From: Octopus vulgaris
Lineage: Eukaryota
Direction of reading: 5' to 3'
Length of the DNA: 64,000 nt
Assembly: GCA_951406725.2 (NCBI GenBank)
Contig: OX597835.1
Coordinates: 27,776,001 to 27,840,000 of the forward strand
The position numbers were made by a program, and so were the translations under genes. The notes below the pieces were generated by a model. That model had not been told where the DNA came from and made no database searches. It worked only from the letters and a program-made list of their open reading frames with translations. Positions 1-14,167 of the stretch are shown here, in pieces; the first letter of the stretch is position 1; every line of letters begins with the position of its first letter.

Positions 1-584
1 CATATATGTATATATATGTATATATATATATATATGTATATATATATACATATGCATATATATGTATATATATATATATACATATCCACACAGACACACA
101 TATATATAAACACATACATACCAATGTATGCTAATACATTGATATATATATATATATATATGCATACATACACTCACACACACATACACACACACACACA
201 CACACATGCATATATATGCACATTAAAGAGCTGCACACGAACATGAAAGTGTAAACTGTTAAAACCTGTTAAAAGGTATTGAGACAGATCTGGCAAAAAT
301 ATGTAAGTTATGGTTTCTATGAAAGCCTTCAACGGCAACATTGGTCACTCGCATATCAAAAGAATATGTTGAAGCTGTATTCATTAGCTTCTCACATCAC
401 AGCTCAGCAATCGTCAGGAGTTCTTTGACTGTCAAAAAAATATATTGTTCTGACTTCAATGTCATATACTTTGCCACGTCATTGCTACATTGTGCTTTTT
501 TCCAGATATGAGTCACAGCTCAAATTCTCCGTACTGTTGACAGTTAACACTTCATTCTGAATTTTCATCTGGCAAATTAGGGCT

Positions 585-795
585 TACTCTTTACTCTTTT
601 CCTTGTTTCAGTCATTTGACTGCGGCCATGCTGGAGCACCACCTTTAGTCGAACAAATCGACCCCGGGACTTATTCTTCTGTAAGCCCAGTACTTATTCT
701 ATCGGTCTCTTTTGCCGAACCGCTAAATGACGGCGACGTAAACACACCGGCATCGGTTGTCAAGCAATGCTAGGGGGACAAACACAGACACACAT

Positions 796-832
<37 letters not shown>

Positions 833-997
833 TACGACAGGCTTCTTTCAGTTTCCGTCTACCAAATGCACTCACAAGGCTTTGGTCGGCCCAAGGCTAT
901 AGTAGAAGACACTTGCGCAAGATGCCACGCAGTGGGACTGAACCCGGAACCATGTGGTTGGTAAGCAAGCTACTTACCACACAGCCACTCCTGCGCC
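585..997 (-). mobile_element. SINE family A (tRNA head, internal (TA/TG)n, tail ...gactgaaacaagtaaaagag), full copy
   Basis: Head ggcgcaggagtggctgtgtggtaag..ggttcagtccc; the most abundant repeat. Other copies, approximate: 1105-1420(-), 6430-6782(+), 23168-23525(-), 25208-25612(-), 26641-27055(+), 31700-32130(-), 32577-32979(-), 41543-42220(-), 43697-44065(+), 53040-53400(-), 53911-54290(+), 55158-55485(+), 57090-57470(-), 59230-59640(-), 62312-62709(-). Confidence 0.9.
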
Positions 998-1855
998 TGT
1001 TTTGTTTTGTTTTGTTTTTTTTTTCTTTTTCTTTGTTAAAGACAAAATTCTCAATAAATGAACTTGGTCTTTCTCTAATCTCTTCTACATGGTTAAGTGG
1101 CTTTCATTGCTTTGCTGTCCTTTTAATTGCTTGCTGGGGCATGGACCTTGTAAACAAATCGACCCCAGGAAATATTTTTTCAAGTTTGGTACTTATTCAA
1201 ACGATCTCTTTTGCTAAATTGCTCCTGGTTGTGAAGTGGTGGAGGAACCCCACCCACAAACACACACACAAAACAGGATTCTTTCAGTTTTCATCAAACA
1301 AATCCGCTCAACTTGGGGCTATAGTTGAAGCCACTTGCCAAAGGCAGCAGGTAGTGGGGCTGAACCCAGAACCAAGTGGTCGGAAAGCAAACTTCTTACA
1401 AAATAGCTATGCCTGCACCTATAAACTTCTGTAAAGTTTATTTCAAAGAATCTAAGAATAATCTTGGTACCAAGCATACTGCTGACAGTCTGTGATGTTT
1501 ACATACATACATACAAGATGGACTCTCCTCTCAAAGACAATGACCAAGTGTTCAGCTTCTTGCTGAATGACCAGCACAAATGACTTGTTTATAATGACCA
1601 AATGTATATGCTGTACATTAGTTCACTCCTTCCATCAAATCAGCATTACCTGAACAGGTGCATGGTGTACCGCGGGTCAGGTATCAAAATGATCACAGAG
1701 CAATGTGAGATGAAGTGTTTTTCTCAAGAACACAACACACCACCTGGTCTTGCAATTGAAATCATGATCTCACAATAGTAACTGCAACACTCTAACCATT
1801 AAGTCATGAACCCTCACAAATAACATATATACATACATGCATACATACATACATA

Positions 1856-2045
1856 CTTGCTGAGTTTCTTGATCAGTGTCCAAGTCTCAGACCCATACAA
1901 CACCACAGACTCCACTGCAGCAGTGAAGAGAGAGATCTTCAGGTTTTTACAAAGGTCTGACTTCCATACAGATCTCAAACTGTGGCATGGCATCCAGGCT
2001 TTGCTCTTCCTCTCAACTACCCCTTTCACTTTTCTATACATACAT

Positions 2046-2084
<39 letters not shown>

Positions 2085-2650
2085 CATACATACATACATA
2101 CATACATACATACATACATACACATATATACATATCTAGGGTGGGTAAAATTCCTGAGATTCATGGACGAGTGGTCTTTGTCCCTCATCATCGTTGCCAT
2201 GTCCTATCTCTCTCAGAGACCAGTGTCTGTTCTTAGGGCATCAACATATGTCATCTTTGGTATCCTTTTCTAGTGTGTCCATGTAGGAGATCCCCCAGGA
2301 GCACTGACTGGAGTATGAATTCTGAATGACGGTGAGTATGTCCAGCTAATCTCAGTCTCCTCTGTGTTATTTTCGAGCTGACTATTGGGAGGCTCTTGTA
2401 CAGCTCCGGGTTCTTCATCCTCAGTGTATACTGATTAATGTTCAGAGCCACCCTCAGCATTCTCATCTAGCACCCATCCACCATCTGAGTGAGTTTCTTG
2501 GTCAGTGTCCAAGTCTCAGACCCATACAGCAGCACAGACTCCACTGTAGCAACAAAGTGATGGATCTTCACATCTTTACAAAGGTCTGACTTCCATACAG
2601 ATCTCAAAATGTGGCATGCCACCCAGGCTTTACTCTTCCTCACAACTATA
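1856..2650 (-). mobile_element. RTE-clade LINE 3' fragments (the same segment present twice: ~1856-2030 and ~2250-2650)
   Basis: KSKAW.ACH.LRSVWKSDL...VESVLLYGSETWTL...RMLRVALNI...QRRLRLAGH, the typical RTE RT C-terminus; stops present. Confidence 0.88.
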
Positions 2651-2656
2651 TCACTC

Positions 2657-3100
2657 ATACATACATGTATGTATGTATGTATGTATGTATGTATGTATGT
2701 ATGTATGTATGTATGTATGTATGTATGTATGTATGTATGTATGTATGTATGTATGTATGTATGTATGTATGTATGTATGTATGTATGTATGTATGTGTGT
2801 ATGTATGCATGTATGTATATATGTATGTATGTGTGTATGTGTGTATGTATGTATGTATGTATGTATGTATGTGTGTGTATGCATATATGTATGTGTGTAT
2901 GTATGCATGTATGTATGTATGTACGTATGTGTATGTAGGCATGTATGTATGTATGTGTGTATGTATGCATGTATGTATGTGTGTATGTATGCATGTATGT
3001 GTGTATGTATGTATGTATGTATGTATGTATGTATGTATGTATGTATGCATGCATGCATGCATGTATGTATGTATACACATATATATGTATACACATATAT
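2657..3100. repeat. (ATGT)n microsatellite; a similar tract lies at 11040-11325
   Basis: Direct reading. Confidence 0.95.
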
Positions 3101-3409
3101 ATTACACAAACACACATCTGTTAAGGCAAGATCTCAATAGTTTCTTATAATAAAAGAATTTAAGAAGCAAAATTTTAATTTCTTTAAGTATTTCTGCCAG
3201 TCTCATAAATGATTAATTTCACAACACACACAAAAAAAAAACGAAATTCTTCTCAATTTCTGAAGTTATGTGCAAATATAATAATCTATAAGATTTAGTT
3301 AAGTAATCTGATCTCAAACTGATTCCATTTCAAATTACTTCTCTTGGAAAAATCAGTAATATTTACAAATTGAGTTCAAATACATAAAAGCATTTATTTC
3401 ATCAAGATA

Positions 3410-4288
3410 CGTGGTCTGATCAATAAGTATCCTAATTGTTACCACAGTAACTAAACTAAAGCTCACAGAGTGAAGCTGCTGGGTACATATTGACCTTGAC
3501 CTCTGCTGTGCATGCACACTAAGTATTAACATTCTAGCTCACTTCTGCTGTTTACAGCAGTGCATGGAAGGAAAGTGTGTAGCATATGATTGTCACATTG
3601 ACCATGACAAAGAAATCTGAGCAGAGAATCTGCATCAAATTTTGCCAAAAGCTTGGTGATACCTGCTCAGAGGCCTATACAAAGTTTTCAAAAAGTTTTC
3701 ATCATTCTTCACACAATCAAGGCGATCTTGTGCAACTGAAACCCCAGTGTCATTTTGGTCAGCTGAAAGCAGTTTTGGCACAAACTTTGCAGACACGCAT
3801 CTCATATCCAAATCTTCAGTGATAATGCACTGAACTGAACCATAACTAATCTGCACATCCTTTGATAACTCACAGATTATGATTCGATGATTTCCCCTCA
3901 CAGCTGCATGCACACCTGTGATGTTTTTCTCAGTTCTGCTAGTTGAAGGTCTCCCAGAACGTTCGTCACTATTAATATTTTTCTGGCCATCTTGGAAACG
4001 TCTGAACCACTTGTACACGTGTGTGCAGCTCAAACACTTTCTACAACTGTGTGTAGGCCTTGAGCAGGTATTGCCAGGACAACTTTCTTTTTCATGGTCA
4101 ATGTAATGATCACACGCTACACATCTTCCTTCCAAGCACTGCTGTAAACAGCAGAAGTGAGCTAGAACATTGAAACTTAGTGCACATACACAACAGAGTT
4201 TAAGGTCAATCTTTGCCAAGCAGCTTCCTCTGCATGCTTTAGCTAAGTTACTATGGCAACAGACCGGATACTTATTTATTAGACCTTG
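3410..4288. mobile_element. mariner (Tc1/mariner) relic with two inverted 5' ends
   Basis: TA TSDs (3408-3409, 4289-4290). Imperfect TIRs cgtggtctgatcaataagtatcc / ggatacttatttattagaccttg. HTH fragments EQRICIKFCQKLG (+) and VYKWFRRFQDG..DERSGRPSTS..VSAKFVPKLL (-). Confidence 0.9.
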
Positions 4289-5338
4289 TAAGCTAGATCA
4301 AGTATGGCTTCAGAACTTCTTTTAGCATTATAATGATAATAATAACCCTTTCTTCTATAAGCACAAGGTCTGAAATTTTGGAAGAGGGGACTAGTCAATT
4401 ATATTGACCCCGTTGTTTCACTGGTACTTAAATTATCAACCCCAAAAGAATGAAAGGCAAAGTCAACCCCAGCGAATTTTGAATTCAGAGATTTGCAAAG
4501 TGTAGATGTGGAGGCCTTCGTAGAGAACCCAGGCAAATTTTTATCTGGAGGACCCCATAGTCATTTAAAAAACTAGTTTTATAGAAACTTCTTTCAAAAT
4601 TCCTATTTTGTTGTGTATGTTGAACCATGTAAACTGTCAGGGGAAGAAACTGAGGTGTTTCTTGCAATACATACCAATACATACAACTAAAGCAACATTT
4701 TTTCAAGGGGCCCTTAAAGTAGTATTGTGGATCCACAATTTATTATTCGGCTGTATGGACACCCCAAAATCTTATATGGATCTTCAGGGGCCATATGGAT
4801 CCCATTCAAGAACAGTAGTTCCTTGCATTGAATGATGATGATGATGAAAAGAAGAAATAAATTTCCAGGTCAAAAATATATGCTCCCAATATTTTCAAAA
4901 TGAAAGGAAAAGTAGAATCAATCTAAATAAATAACGGGTAAATACAAGTGGATATTCCTTAAGTATAGAAGAGTTCAGAAAGTAAAAATACTCATTTACA
5001 AAACACCATTTCTTGCAGTAGTGAACCTTTGCTGAATTCTTCTGAATGTTTTACAAGAGTTTGTAAATTGAAGTTAAATGCCAAACACACATGTGCACAA
5101 TGCGAGAAATTATATACAAAACATCAAAGAGAAAATTGTTAATGTAGCATTATACTTGAGTATGAAAAACAAAAAGAGGGAAGAAGAATGGTGGGTAAAA
5201 AAAAAAAAATGTTTCTGATTTTAGGTAAAATAAATCTGGAAGGTGGGGGGGAACAAATTGTATTATGTCTGAGATTGCAATGTATTCAGGTAGATATGGT
5301 TTTATTTAAAAGAAATATTAATAAAAATTTATAAATAC

Positions 5339-5347
5339 CTTCCCAGT
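5339..5347 (-). CDS. unc-13: candidate 9-nt microexon of unc-13 (ACTGGGAAG; reads D-W-E in phase 1)
   Basis: TACTAAAT branch-like motif, tract ctgttttctctttttctctttaatttgcag, 9 nt, donor AAG|gtattt. Symmetric, no stop. No transcript evidence. Confidence 0.55.
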
Positions 5348-5446
5348 CTGCAAATTAAAGAGAAAAAGAGAAAACAGATTTAGTATAAAAGCTGATATAA
5401 AACAAAAATATAGTATAAAACACAATATATATATATATATATAAAT

Positions 5447-5515
<69 letters not shown>

Positions 5516-7813
5516 CAAATGTATATATATACAAACACAAATATAGAATGAAACATAAAATACAGATATATTATGAAACGTGAAATATATATAACATAAA
5601 ACATAGTACATAACAAAGAATATATTTTGTTTAAACATGTGCTACACTCTGGTGGCCAGTTACTGTAAGAGAGATAATCATTTCTAGACAAATGTTGGTG
5701 AGATTGGAAATTTGACTTTTAAAATGAAGAACTTAATAGAATATACATATTTTATTTTTATTTACAGACTCATTACGAAGATGTAAAAAATTCTAGTTAT
5801 AGGTAAACATATCTAGCACCATTTCATTCTTATTGGAAATCATCAGCATGATGATAACCCAAGGCAAATAAATTAAATGAATTTAAATATTTTTCAAAGC
5901 AAGATATTTCTTACAGTGGAAAGCAATATACAGTTTAGAGGACATTCATGATAAAGTATGCAATTAACATAAGAATAGATATATGGGATATGAGAAGAAT
6001 ATATCAAATAAAACTATTTCTAAAATGCCAAAACAATAAAAATTGCCGAAAGGGATTTTGTTGAAAAGTGGTAGGGCATAAAGAAAAATATGAAACTGAT
6101 AATCTAAAAAGTTATTTAAATGTCCAAATGTTGAAATCAAGTTGTTAACAAGATTAGAATTTCTCAAACTATTCACCTCATTTTTAGAGATTAATGATGT
6201 TTGAATGCATCACATCTACATTCTATTCTGATCAGATTAATTTCTAATCATATTCCTGGATATGTACATAGTATGTGACTGGATTTAATCTAATTTGGAA
6301 TTTCGTTTAGAAAATAAAGAAAATTGAAGATCAAACCTATACGAACATAGTGTACATATAAAATATTGCCAAAATGGTTTCACTTCTAAAGATGAAATTG
6401 ACAGTCTGAAGAATTATGATGTAAAGGTATGGACATAGCTGCATGGTTAAGAAGCTCATTTTGCATCTATGAAATTACAGGTTCAATACCTTGAGCAAGT
6501 GTTTTCTACTACAGCCCTGGTTTGACCAATGCCTTGGGAGTGAATTTGACTGATAGAAACTGTAAAACCACAGTGTCTGTATGCATATGTGTGTGTACCC
6601 TCTCCACCACCACTTGACAGCTGGTGTTGGTTTATTTGCATCCTTGTAACTTAGTGGTTTAGCAAAAGAGGCAAATAGAATAAGTGTCACATTAAAAATT
6701 AAACACCTGGCACCCCTGTGTGGCTGTGCTCCAGTATGGCCAAAGCTTAATGACTGAAGGAAGTGAAAAGAAAAGATATAAAGATAACCCAACAAGAACA
6801 TCAAAAATATAAGTCATATAATAAACCAGTCCATTTTGTAGAATTAGTCATAAAACTGGCAGAGTTGCTAGAACACAGGGAAAAAAACTTTGCAGTCTTT
6901 GTCCCAAGTCGAAAGGTAAGCTACTATAAATCGGCACGGACTTTCCAGACAACCCAATAGATACTGCTAAGGAATTGCCAGATTCTTTTGGCTCATACTG
7001 TAGCACGTTTCTTCCTACCCACCATACCAAGTTGAGTGCAACTGTAATAACTCCAATCCCAATCACATAACAACTATTTTGTTTTGCTACTTGTTGAAGT
7101 GGTGTTCTTTGCTCTCAGACTTGTAAAGAATTCTTTTCTTTTCAAAACATACTTTAATTCTAAGTTGCTAAATTAACAATATAAATATATACAAACTGCT
7201 TCGATTAGAATACGTAATTTCCTCAAAATCAAAGCAATGTAATCCCAAATAAATGTTCAATTGCTATTTATTAAAATGCTTTCACATGCTTTTATTATTA
7301 TTTCACTAACTGCAAGTGTAATCTTTAATTGAAGATTACCTCAATTAATTCACAGCTTTTAATTAGAAAATATATCACACAGAGAGCTTGAATTAGTGTA
7401 TTTCTTTCAATTAATTCAAATTAAAATAAATAGATAAGTTAAGAGATGATGATTTTTACGTCATTGTTTTTAGTTTTGCTTTTTACTTTTAAATATAAAC
7501 CAATTTAAATTTTGTTCTGGTATTTTGATATTGGATATTATTTTACTTTCATTTCGTAAGACACATAAATCAAAATGATTATCTAACTTCTGAACCTGTT
7601 TCCACCACACTATTTAATATATATACATATAAACACACACATATATATTTACACACAACACATACATACATATGTACACATATATATATAAATACATATA
7701 TATATATTTTTACGCACAACACATACATATGTACACATATATATATATAAATATATATATATTTACACACAACACATACATACATATGTACACACACACA
7801 CACACACATACAT

Positions 7814-7872
<59 letters not shown>

Positions 7873-8554
7873 AACGAAAGCATTAAACTGGGCCAGTATA
7901 CATAGATTAAAATATATATAAAAGACAGGAAAAAGAAAGGAAAAACTACATAATGAAGAGCCAAAATGTAACAAGCAATGATATTTTAAAAATTACGGGA
8001 ATAACAAAAGTAAAAAGTAACAAAAACAAAAGCTGCATTGACTCAAATCTTTAGAAATATTATATACAGAAGCATACTTCAAATTTCAATTTTAAATTGA
8101 GACTAAATTGATAGCAAGAGCAACATGTAATTTAATCTAAGAATGGTCTTTTAACACAGTATTTACACCGGCCATAAATATCTTAAATAATCCACCTATT
8201 TTATACTAAAACTAGCCAGGTTTAGTCTCTCCCACCTGTCCTACAATGTTATTCTAAAAATAATCAATAGTGCCACAAAAATTTTGAAGCTACTGTATCA
8301 GTGGTTCTTAACCAGAGTTCACATGACCCTTAAGGGTCCATGTAGAATTTAGACTTTAGCATCATCATTATCATCGGCAACAGAGAGATGCTGGAGACTG
8401 GCATACTGGTATAGAGGCTTGTAATAGACCTGAAGAGATAGTGTACACTAGCATACTAGTATGCAGGCTTGTAACAGAACCAAAATAATAAGGCACTAAA
8501 AGAGAATGACCCTCCCCAGAAACAATAAAATTCTGATTTAATTTGATCAGCATT

Positions 8555-8910
8555 ATCATCATCATCGTTTAACGTCTGCTTTCCATGCTAGCATGGGTTG
8601 GACGATTTTGACTGAGGGTTGGCGAACCAGACGGCCGCACCAAGCTCTAATCTTGATCTGGCAGAGTTTCTTCAGCTGGATGCCCTTCCTAACGCCAACC
8701 ACTCCGAGAGTGTAGTGGGTGCTTTTTACATGCTACCAGCACGGGGGCCAGTCAGGCGGTACTGGCAACAACCTCGCTTGAATCTTTTTACACATGCCAC
8801 CGGCACAGGTGCCAGTGAAGTGACGTTGGTAACGATCACAATTAAATGGTGGGCGACGTTGGTAACGATCACGCTCAAATGGTGAGGGCCAACGTTGCTA
8901 ATGATCATGC
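8555..8910 (-). mobile_element. retroposon 3' end family E with (GAT)n tail
   Basis: ggttggcgttaggaagggcatccagc...ggacgttaaacgatgatg. Copies at ~36770-36970, 40640-40830, 42758-42890, 45358-45535, 50403-50685 and 52310-52970. Confidence 0.8.
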
Positions 8911-9194
8911 TGGAAAGTTTAAATCTAAACACTAAGGGACATTTTAAAAGAAGGCAAATTGCCATTGAAACCTTGCTTTCTCCCATTTTCAGGTTTAGTA
9001 ATTAAAGAATTTGGCTCGTGCTCAATAAGAACATTTGTGTAAACTGTGAATTCACATTTGCATTGGGTTGTTTGCAATAACATTTAAGCAAAATTAAGAG
9101 ATCTGATTTTCTCTCTTAAAACAACAAAGTCGACAAATTTATCAACTTACACAAAAGATTTGGTAAAAAATATAAGCTGAATTGCAATTCAGCT

Positions 9195-9232
<38 letters not shown>

Positions 9233-9384
9233 TAATAATATTAATGTTCACAATTTTGAAATATACTTCAGTAATGAAAAATCAAATTAAAATAAGGTAT
9301 TAAATAACAAACTGTAGATTAAATGAGAAACATTTAACTCAAATGGAGGGATATTTCTCAAATATATTCAAAGGATAACATCCT

Positions 9385-9415
<31 letters not shown>

Positions 9416-9726
9416 CACACACATACATGTATGTTTGTGTGTGCATGTGTATGTATATATGTATGTGTGTGTGTGTATGTGTGTGCGCATGCGTGTGTGT
9501 ATATATATCTATATGCACACATACATACCTATATACATACATATACACGCACACATATGCTAGTAACCACAATACTTCAATATATGGACACGGCTGAGCT
9601 GTCAACGACTAAACAAGAAATCCCATGAAACTATGCTTAGCGAGTCCAGTGATTCATCTCTGATGGACAAAAGACAAAATCAATCAGAGAGTGAGCACTA
9701 TCGCAAATGAGTCAACAGCCATTCAG

Positions 9727-9776
<50 letters not shown>

Positions 9777-11138
9777 ATGTGTGCATGATGTCTATTGTGT
9801 ATCATTTATCTTTTGAAAGTGCTTGGCTCAGTGGTTAAAGCATCGCGCTCACAATCATAAGGTAGCGAGTTCGATTCCTGGACCGGGATGCATGCTGTGT
9901 TCTTGAGCAAGACGCTTTATTTTTCACATTACTCCAGTTCACTCAGCTGTAGAAATGAGTTGCGACGTCACTGGTGCTAAACTGTATCAGCCTTTGCCTT
10001 TCCCTTGGATAAGAGCAGTGGTGTGGAGAGGCTGGTATGCATGGGTGATTGCTGGTCTTCCATAAACCACCTTGGCCGGACTTGTGCCAAGGAGGGTAAA
10101 TTTCTAGGTGCAATCCCATGGTCATTCATGACTGAGGGCGATCCTCTCTATCTTTTACTTCTTTCAGTCATTAGACTGCAGCCAAATCCACTCACAAGTC
10201 TTTGGTCGGCCCGAGGGCTATAGTAGAAGACACTTGCCTAAAGTGCCATGCAGTGGGACTGAACTCAGAACCATGTGGTTGGAAAGCAAGCTACTTACTA
10301 CACAGCCATATTGGCACCAACAGTTATATTTACATGCAGATGACAGAAGAATAATGTGATTCGAAATATGCAGTATTTAATAGTCTCTAACTACCATGCT
10401 TTTGTTTTTCTGTAAGTGATTAAACAGGCACAAACATTGAAAGACTAGTACTGGCCTGACACAAGCATTTGTACCTATGACACAATATGAGAGGACACTT
10501 TGGCTTGTAGTTTCTAATTGCTTTACTCATTAGACTGTGGTCATGCTGGAGCAATGCCGTGGAGAGTTTTAGTCAAACGAATCAAGCCCAATGCTTAAGC
10601 CTGGAACCTTGTTCTGTCAGCCTCTTTGCCAATTTGCCAAGTTATAGGGATGTAAACAGACCGACACTGGTTGTTAATCAGTGGTAGGAGTCACACACTA
10701 AATATGCTCACATACATACACAACCATACATTCATATATGTATGTACGCATGTATGTATATATGTGTGTATACATATATATATGTATATACACACATACA
10801 TTTACACTCATAGTATGCGTACATACAGTATACATACACACAAACATTCATACATGCTCACATACATACAAAATCATACATTTTATATATATACATATAT
10901 ATATGTATGTGTGTGTATATATATATTTATACACACACACACATACATTTACACCCATAATATATGTACATACAGTATACATACACACATTCATAAATGC
11001 CCACATTCTTACAAAATCATACATTTTACATATATATGCATGCATGCATATATGTATGTATGCATGTATGTATGTATGTATGTGTGTATGTAAGTATGTA
11101 TGTGTGTGTGTATGTATGTATGTATGTATGTATGTATG

Positions 11139-11169
<31 letters not shown>

Positions 11170-11238
11170 GTATGTATGTAAGTATGTATGTATGTATGTA
11201 TGTATGTATGTATGTATGTATGTATGTATGTATGTATG

Positions 11239-11270
<32 letters not shown>

Positions 11271-11841
11271 CGTACGTACGTACGAACGTATGTATGTATG
11301 TATGTATGTATGTATGTATGTATGTGGAAAACAGATAGAGAAGATGGAAGAGAGGAAGAGAAGCAAAGATAATCAATATACAATACTTTAACACTTCATT
11401 CCTTCTTCCGCTGTACATCAAACTGATAGTTCATAGCTTGTTTAAATATGCATTTAATAAAATCCAAGAAACAGAAAAATTACACCTAAGATAGCAGAGC
11501 TATTCCAAAATCTATATTGGCTTCTTAGCATTTTTATGTGCATTTATTATTTATAGTTGTAGCAGCAGTTGTTGTCATAAGCACGCTCTCTTTCATATAT
11601 ATATATGTAGGCCTATATATATATATATACATTTATGTAGTATATATATATTTCCATAGTATGTATACACACACATATAAATAAATATTTATATGCATAT
11701 ATATATTTATAAATATATAATTTTAATAAATATATATAGTAAATCCCAAAACAGAAGACAAACACAAAAAAAACAACAACAATGCAAGGATGTGGTACAT
11801 GCAAAGTATTAGCAATGTATATACATATATGAATGTGTATT

Positions 11842-11883
<42 letters not shown>

Positions 11884-11910
11884 CATATATATATATACAC
11901 ATACATACAC

Positions 11911-11965
<55 letters not shown>

Positions 11966-12088
11966 TGTGTGTATATATATAGGATAGATATACATACATA
12001 CATATATATATATATACATACATATATATATACACATATGCATATATACATATATATATACACATATACATATATATTCATATATATC

Positions 12089-12119
<31 letters not shown>

Positions 12120-12277
12120 ATATACATATCTATATACATATCTATATACATACATATATATATATATACATACATACATATATGTATGTATAAATGTATA
12201 CATATGAATTACTTAAGCACTCTAGATATCAATAATGAAAGCATAAAGCATTGACTAAAGGCAAAATTGATGCCTAC

Positions 12278-12286
12278 CTTCATATC
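12278..12286 (-). CDS. unc-13: candidate 9-nt microexon of unc-13 (GATATGAAG; reads G-Y-E in phase 1)
   Basis: Branch-like CTAAC (12323-12327), long pyrimidine tract, acceptor ttttcttacacag, 9 nt, donor AAG|gtaggc. Symmetric, with no stop in phase 1 or phase 0. No transcript evidence. Confidence 0.55.
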
Positions 12287-12619
12287 CTGTGTAAGAAAAC
12301 ATGAAAGAGAAAGAAAAACAATGTTAGACATTTCATAAAACAAATAATACACACAATTTGGATTAAACATTACAAAAGTGCGTTCTGCTCCAACACACAC
12401 ACACACAGAGGCATGCACGCACGCACACATACATAGAACTATCGTTGCAACCACTGCCATCATCATCATCATTGCCATCGACAGCAACAGCAATGAGCAG
12501 CAACAGCATCTCGCAAAATATGTTTGTTGTTTGACATTCTTTTGCTGCGTTCCTTTCGGCAATTATCGAACTGAGGGGAAAAAAAATTCATCCAAACGTC
12601 TATGCATCCAGAAAAGAAA

Positions 12620-12732
12620 AAACAACAACAACAACAATAATAATAATAATGATAATAATAATGATGATAATAATAATAATAATGATGATAATAATAATTA
12701 TAATAATGATGATAATAATAATAATGATGATG

Positions 12733-12787
<55 letters not shown>

Positions 12788-12792
12788 TAATG

Positions 12793-12838
<46 letters not shown>

Positions 12839-12894
12839 TAATAATAATAATAGTGATAATAATAATAATAATAATAATACTGATCATAATAATA

Positions 12895-12938
<44 letters not shown>

Positions 12939-13100
12939 GATCATAATAATAATAGTAATAATAATAATAATAATAATAATAGTAATAATAACAATAATGA
13001 TGATGATAATAATAGCAAAATGAATAATAATTATAACATTAACAGCAACGATAGTGATGATGATGACGAGGACGATGATGATGAGGACGATGATGATGAC
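12620..13100. repeat. long (AAT/GAT)n microsatellite
   Basis: About 480 bp of AAT with GAT/AAC variants. Confidence 0.95.
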
Positions 13101-13224
13101 TGCTTTTATTCACCACAGACCCCCAAACGCGCACTTTCTAGGAGGTTACCCCTAAAATATATGGTAAGAAATCAACGAAATTAGTTATTTCCCCAGAATT
13201 AAAAGAAACTATTAAAATGAGTGT

Positions 13225-13288
<64 letters not shown>

Positions 13289-13641
13289 CTAGTAATAGTT
13301 CTTTTGTTTTTGGTGTTGTTTTTTTTTCTTTTCTTATAATTTTTTTAAAGCTTGATTGCAATTCATAAAACAACAAATTGGTGTTATGAACTGACTTGAA
13401 CATCACAAAACGTGTGTGTGCGCGCATGCATCTGTGTAGGGATGTGTATGTATGTGTGCATATATGTATGTGTACATATATGCATATATTTATATATATG
13501 TAAAAAAAAAAGAATTCTATGCGCAAACATTTTTTACAAATACAAATTATCAACAGAGAAAAAGGGAAAGAAAACTCAATTTAATTTGGTTTAAAATCTA
13601 TAAAGTATTTAGTAACTGGGACAACATTACTGCTAATATCC

Positions 13642-13702
<61 letters not shown>

Positions 13703-13705
<3 letters not shown>

Positions 13706-14152
13706 CGTATCTAATATAAATGTATCTGTCAAGACCTACCAGAAACTGAGCAAATATAAAGATCTGGAAATAGAAATCAGCAAAATGTGGAACCTGAAGA
13801 CTAAAACAGTACCTGTTGTCATAGGTGCCCTGGGAATGATAGCAAAAGAGGCTGATTGCTACCTAACTCAGATACCAGGAAACCCAAAAATGGCAGAAAT
13901 TCAAAAGATAGTGCTCATGGGAACTGCTCATATCCTACGCAAAATACTTTCTATGTAATCTCGAGTTTTAAGACAAACAAAATTTTCGTATGGTTTTTTT
14001 AAGCATTCACTAGTACAACACTAAATATAAAACCAAATACATGGCACTCTAGGCATAACACCAACATGAACTTCCAACCTGTTGTCTCTTGAGGTCTCTG
14101 GGTGAGACTTGGAGCCAGCTTGTGCAAATGTAAAGCAAAAGTCAAACATAGA
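13703..14152 (+). mobile_element. 5'-truncated R4/Dong-like non-LTR retrotransposon (restriction-like endonuclease end) in a (TAA)n tract
   Basis: KLSKYKDLEIEISKMWNLKTKTVPVVIGALG...IQKIVLMGTAHILRKIL* plus 3'UTR; (TAA)n on both sides. Confidence 0.82.
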
Positions 14153-14167
14153 ATAATAATAATAACA

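Noticed and set aside
244-582. Complex unique sequence with partly open frames
   Set aside because: It has stops in all plausible spliced frames and no recognisable homology; possibly a decayed transposon.
757-1434. 225-aa ORF and recurring peptides such as MLGGQTQTH...CHAVGLNPEPCGW
   Set aside because: These are antisense readings of SINE family A copies.
10395-10409. 15-nt microexon candidate AAAAACAAAAGCATG (also 15-mers near 5027 and 5648)
   Set aside because: Poor pyrimidine tract or weak donor; expected by chance in AT-rich introns.
12378-13184. 268-aa poly-Asn/Asp ORF
   Set aside because: It is a translation of an (AAT)n microsatellite, antisense to the host gene, with no domain.
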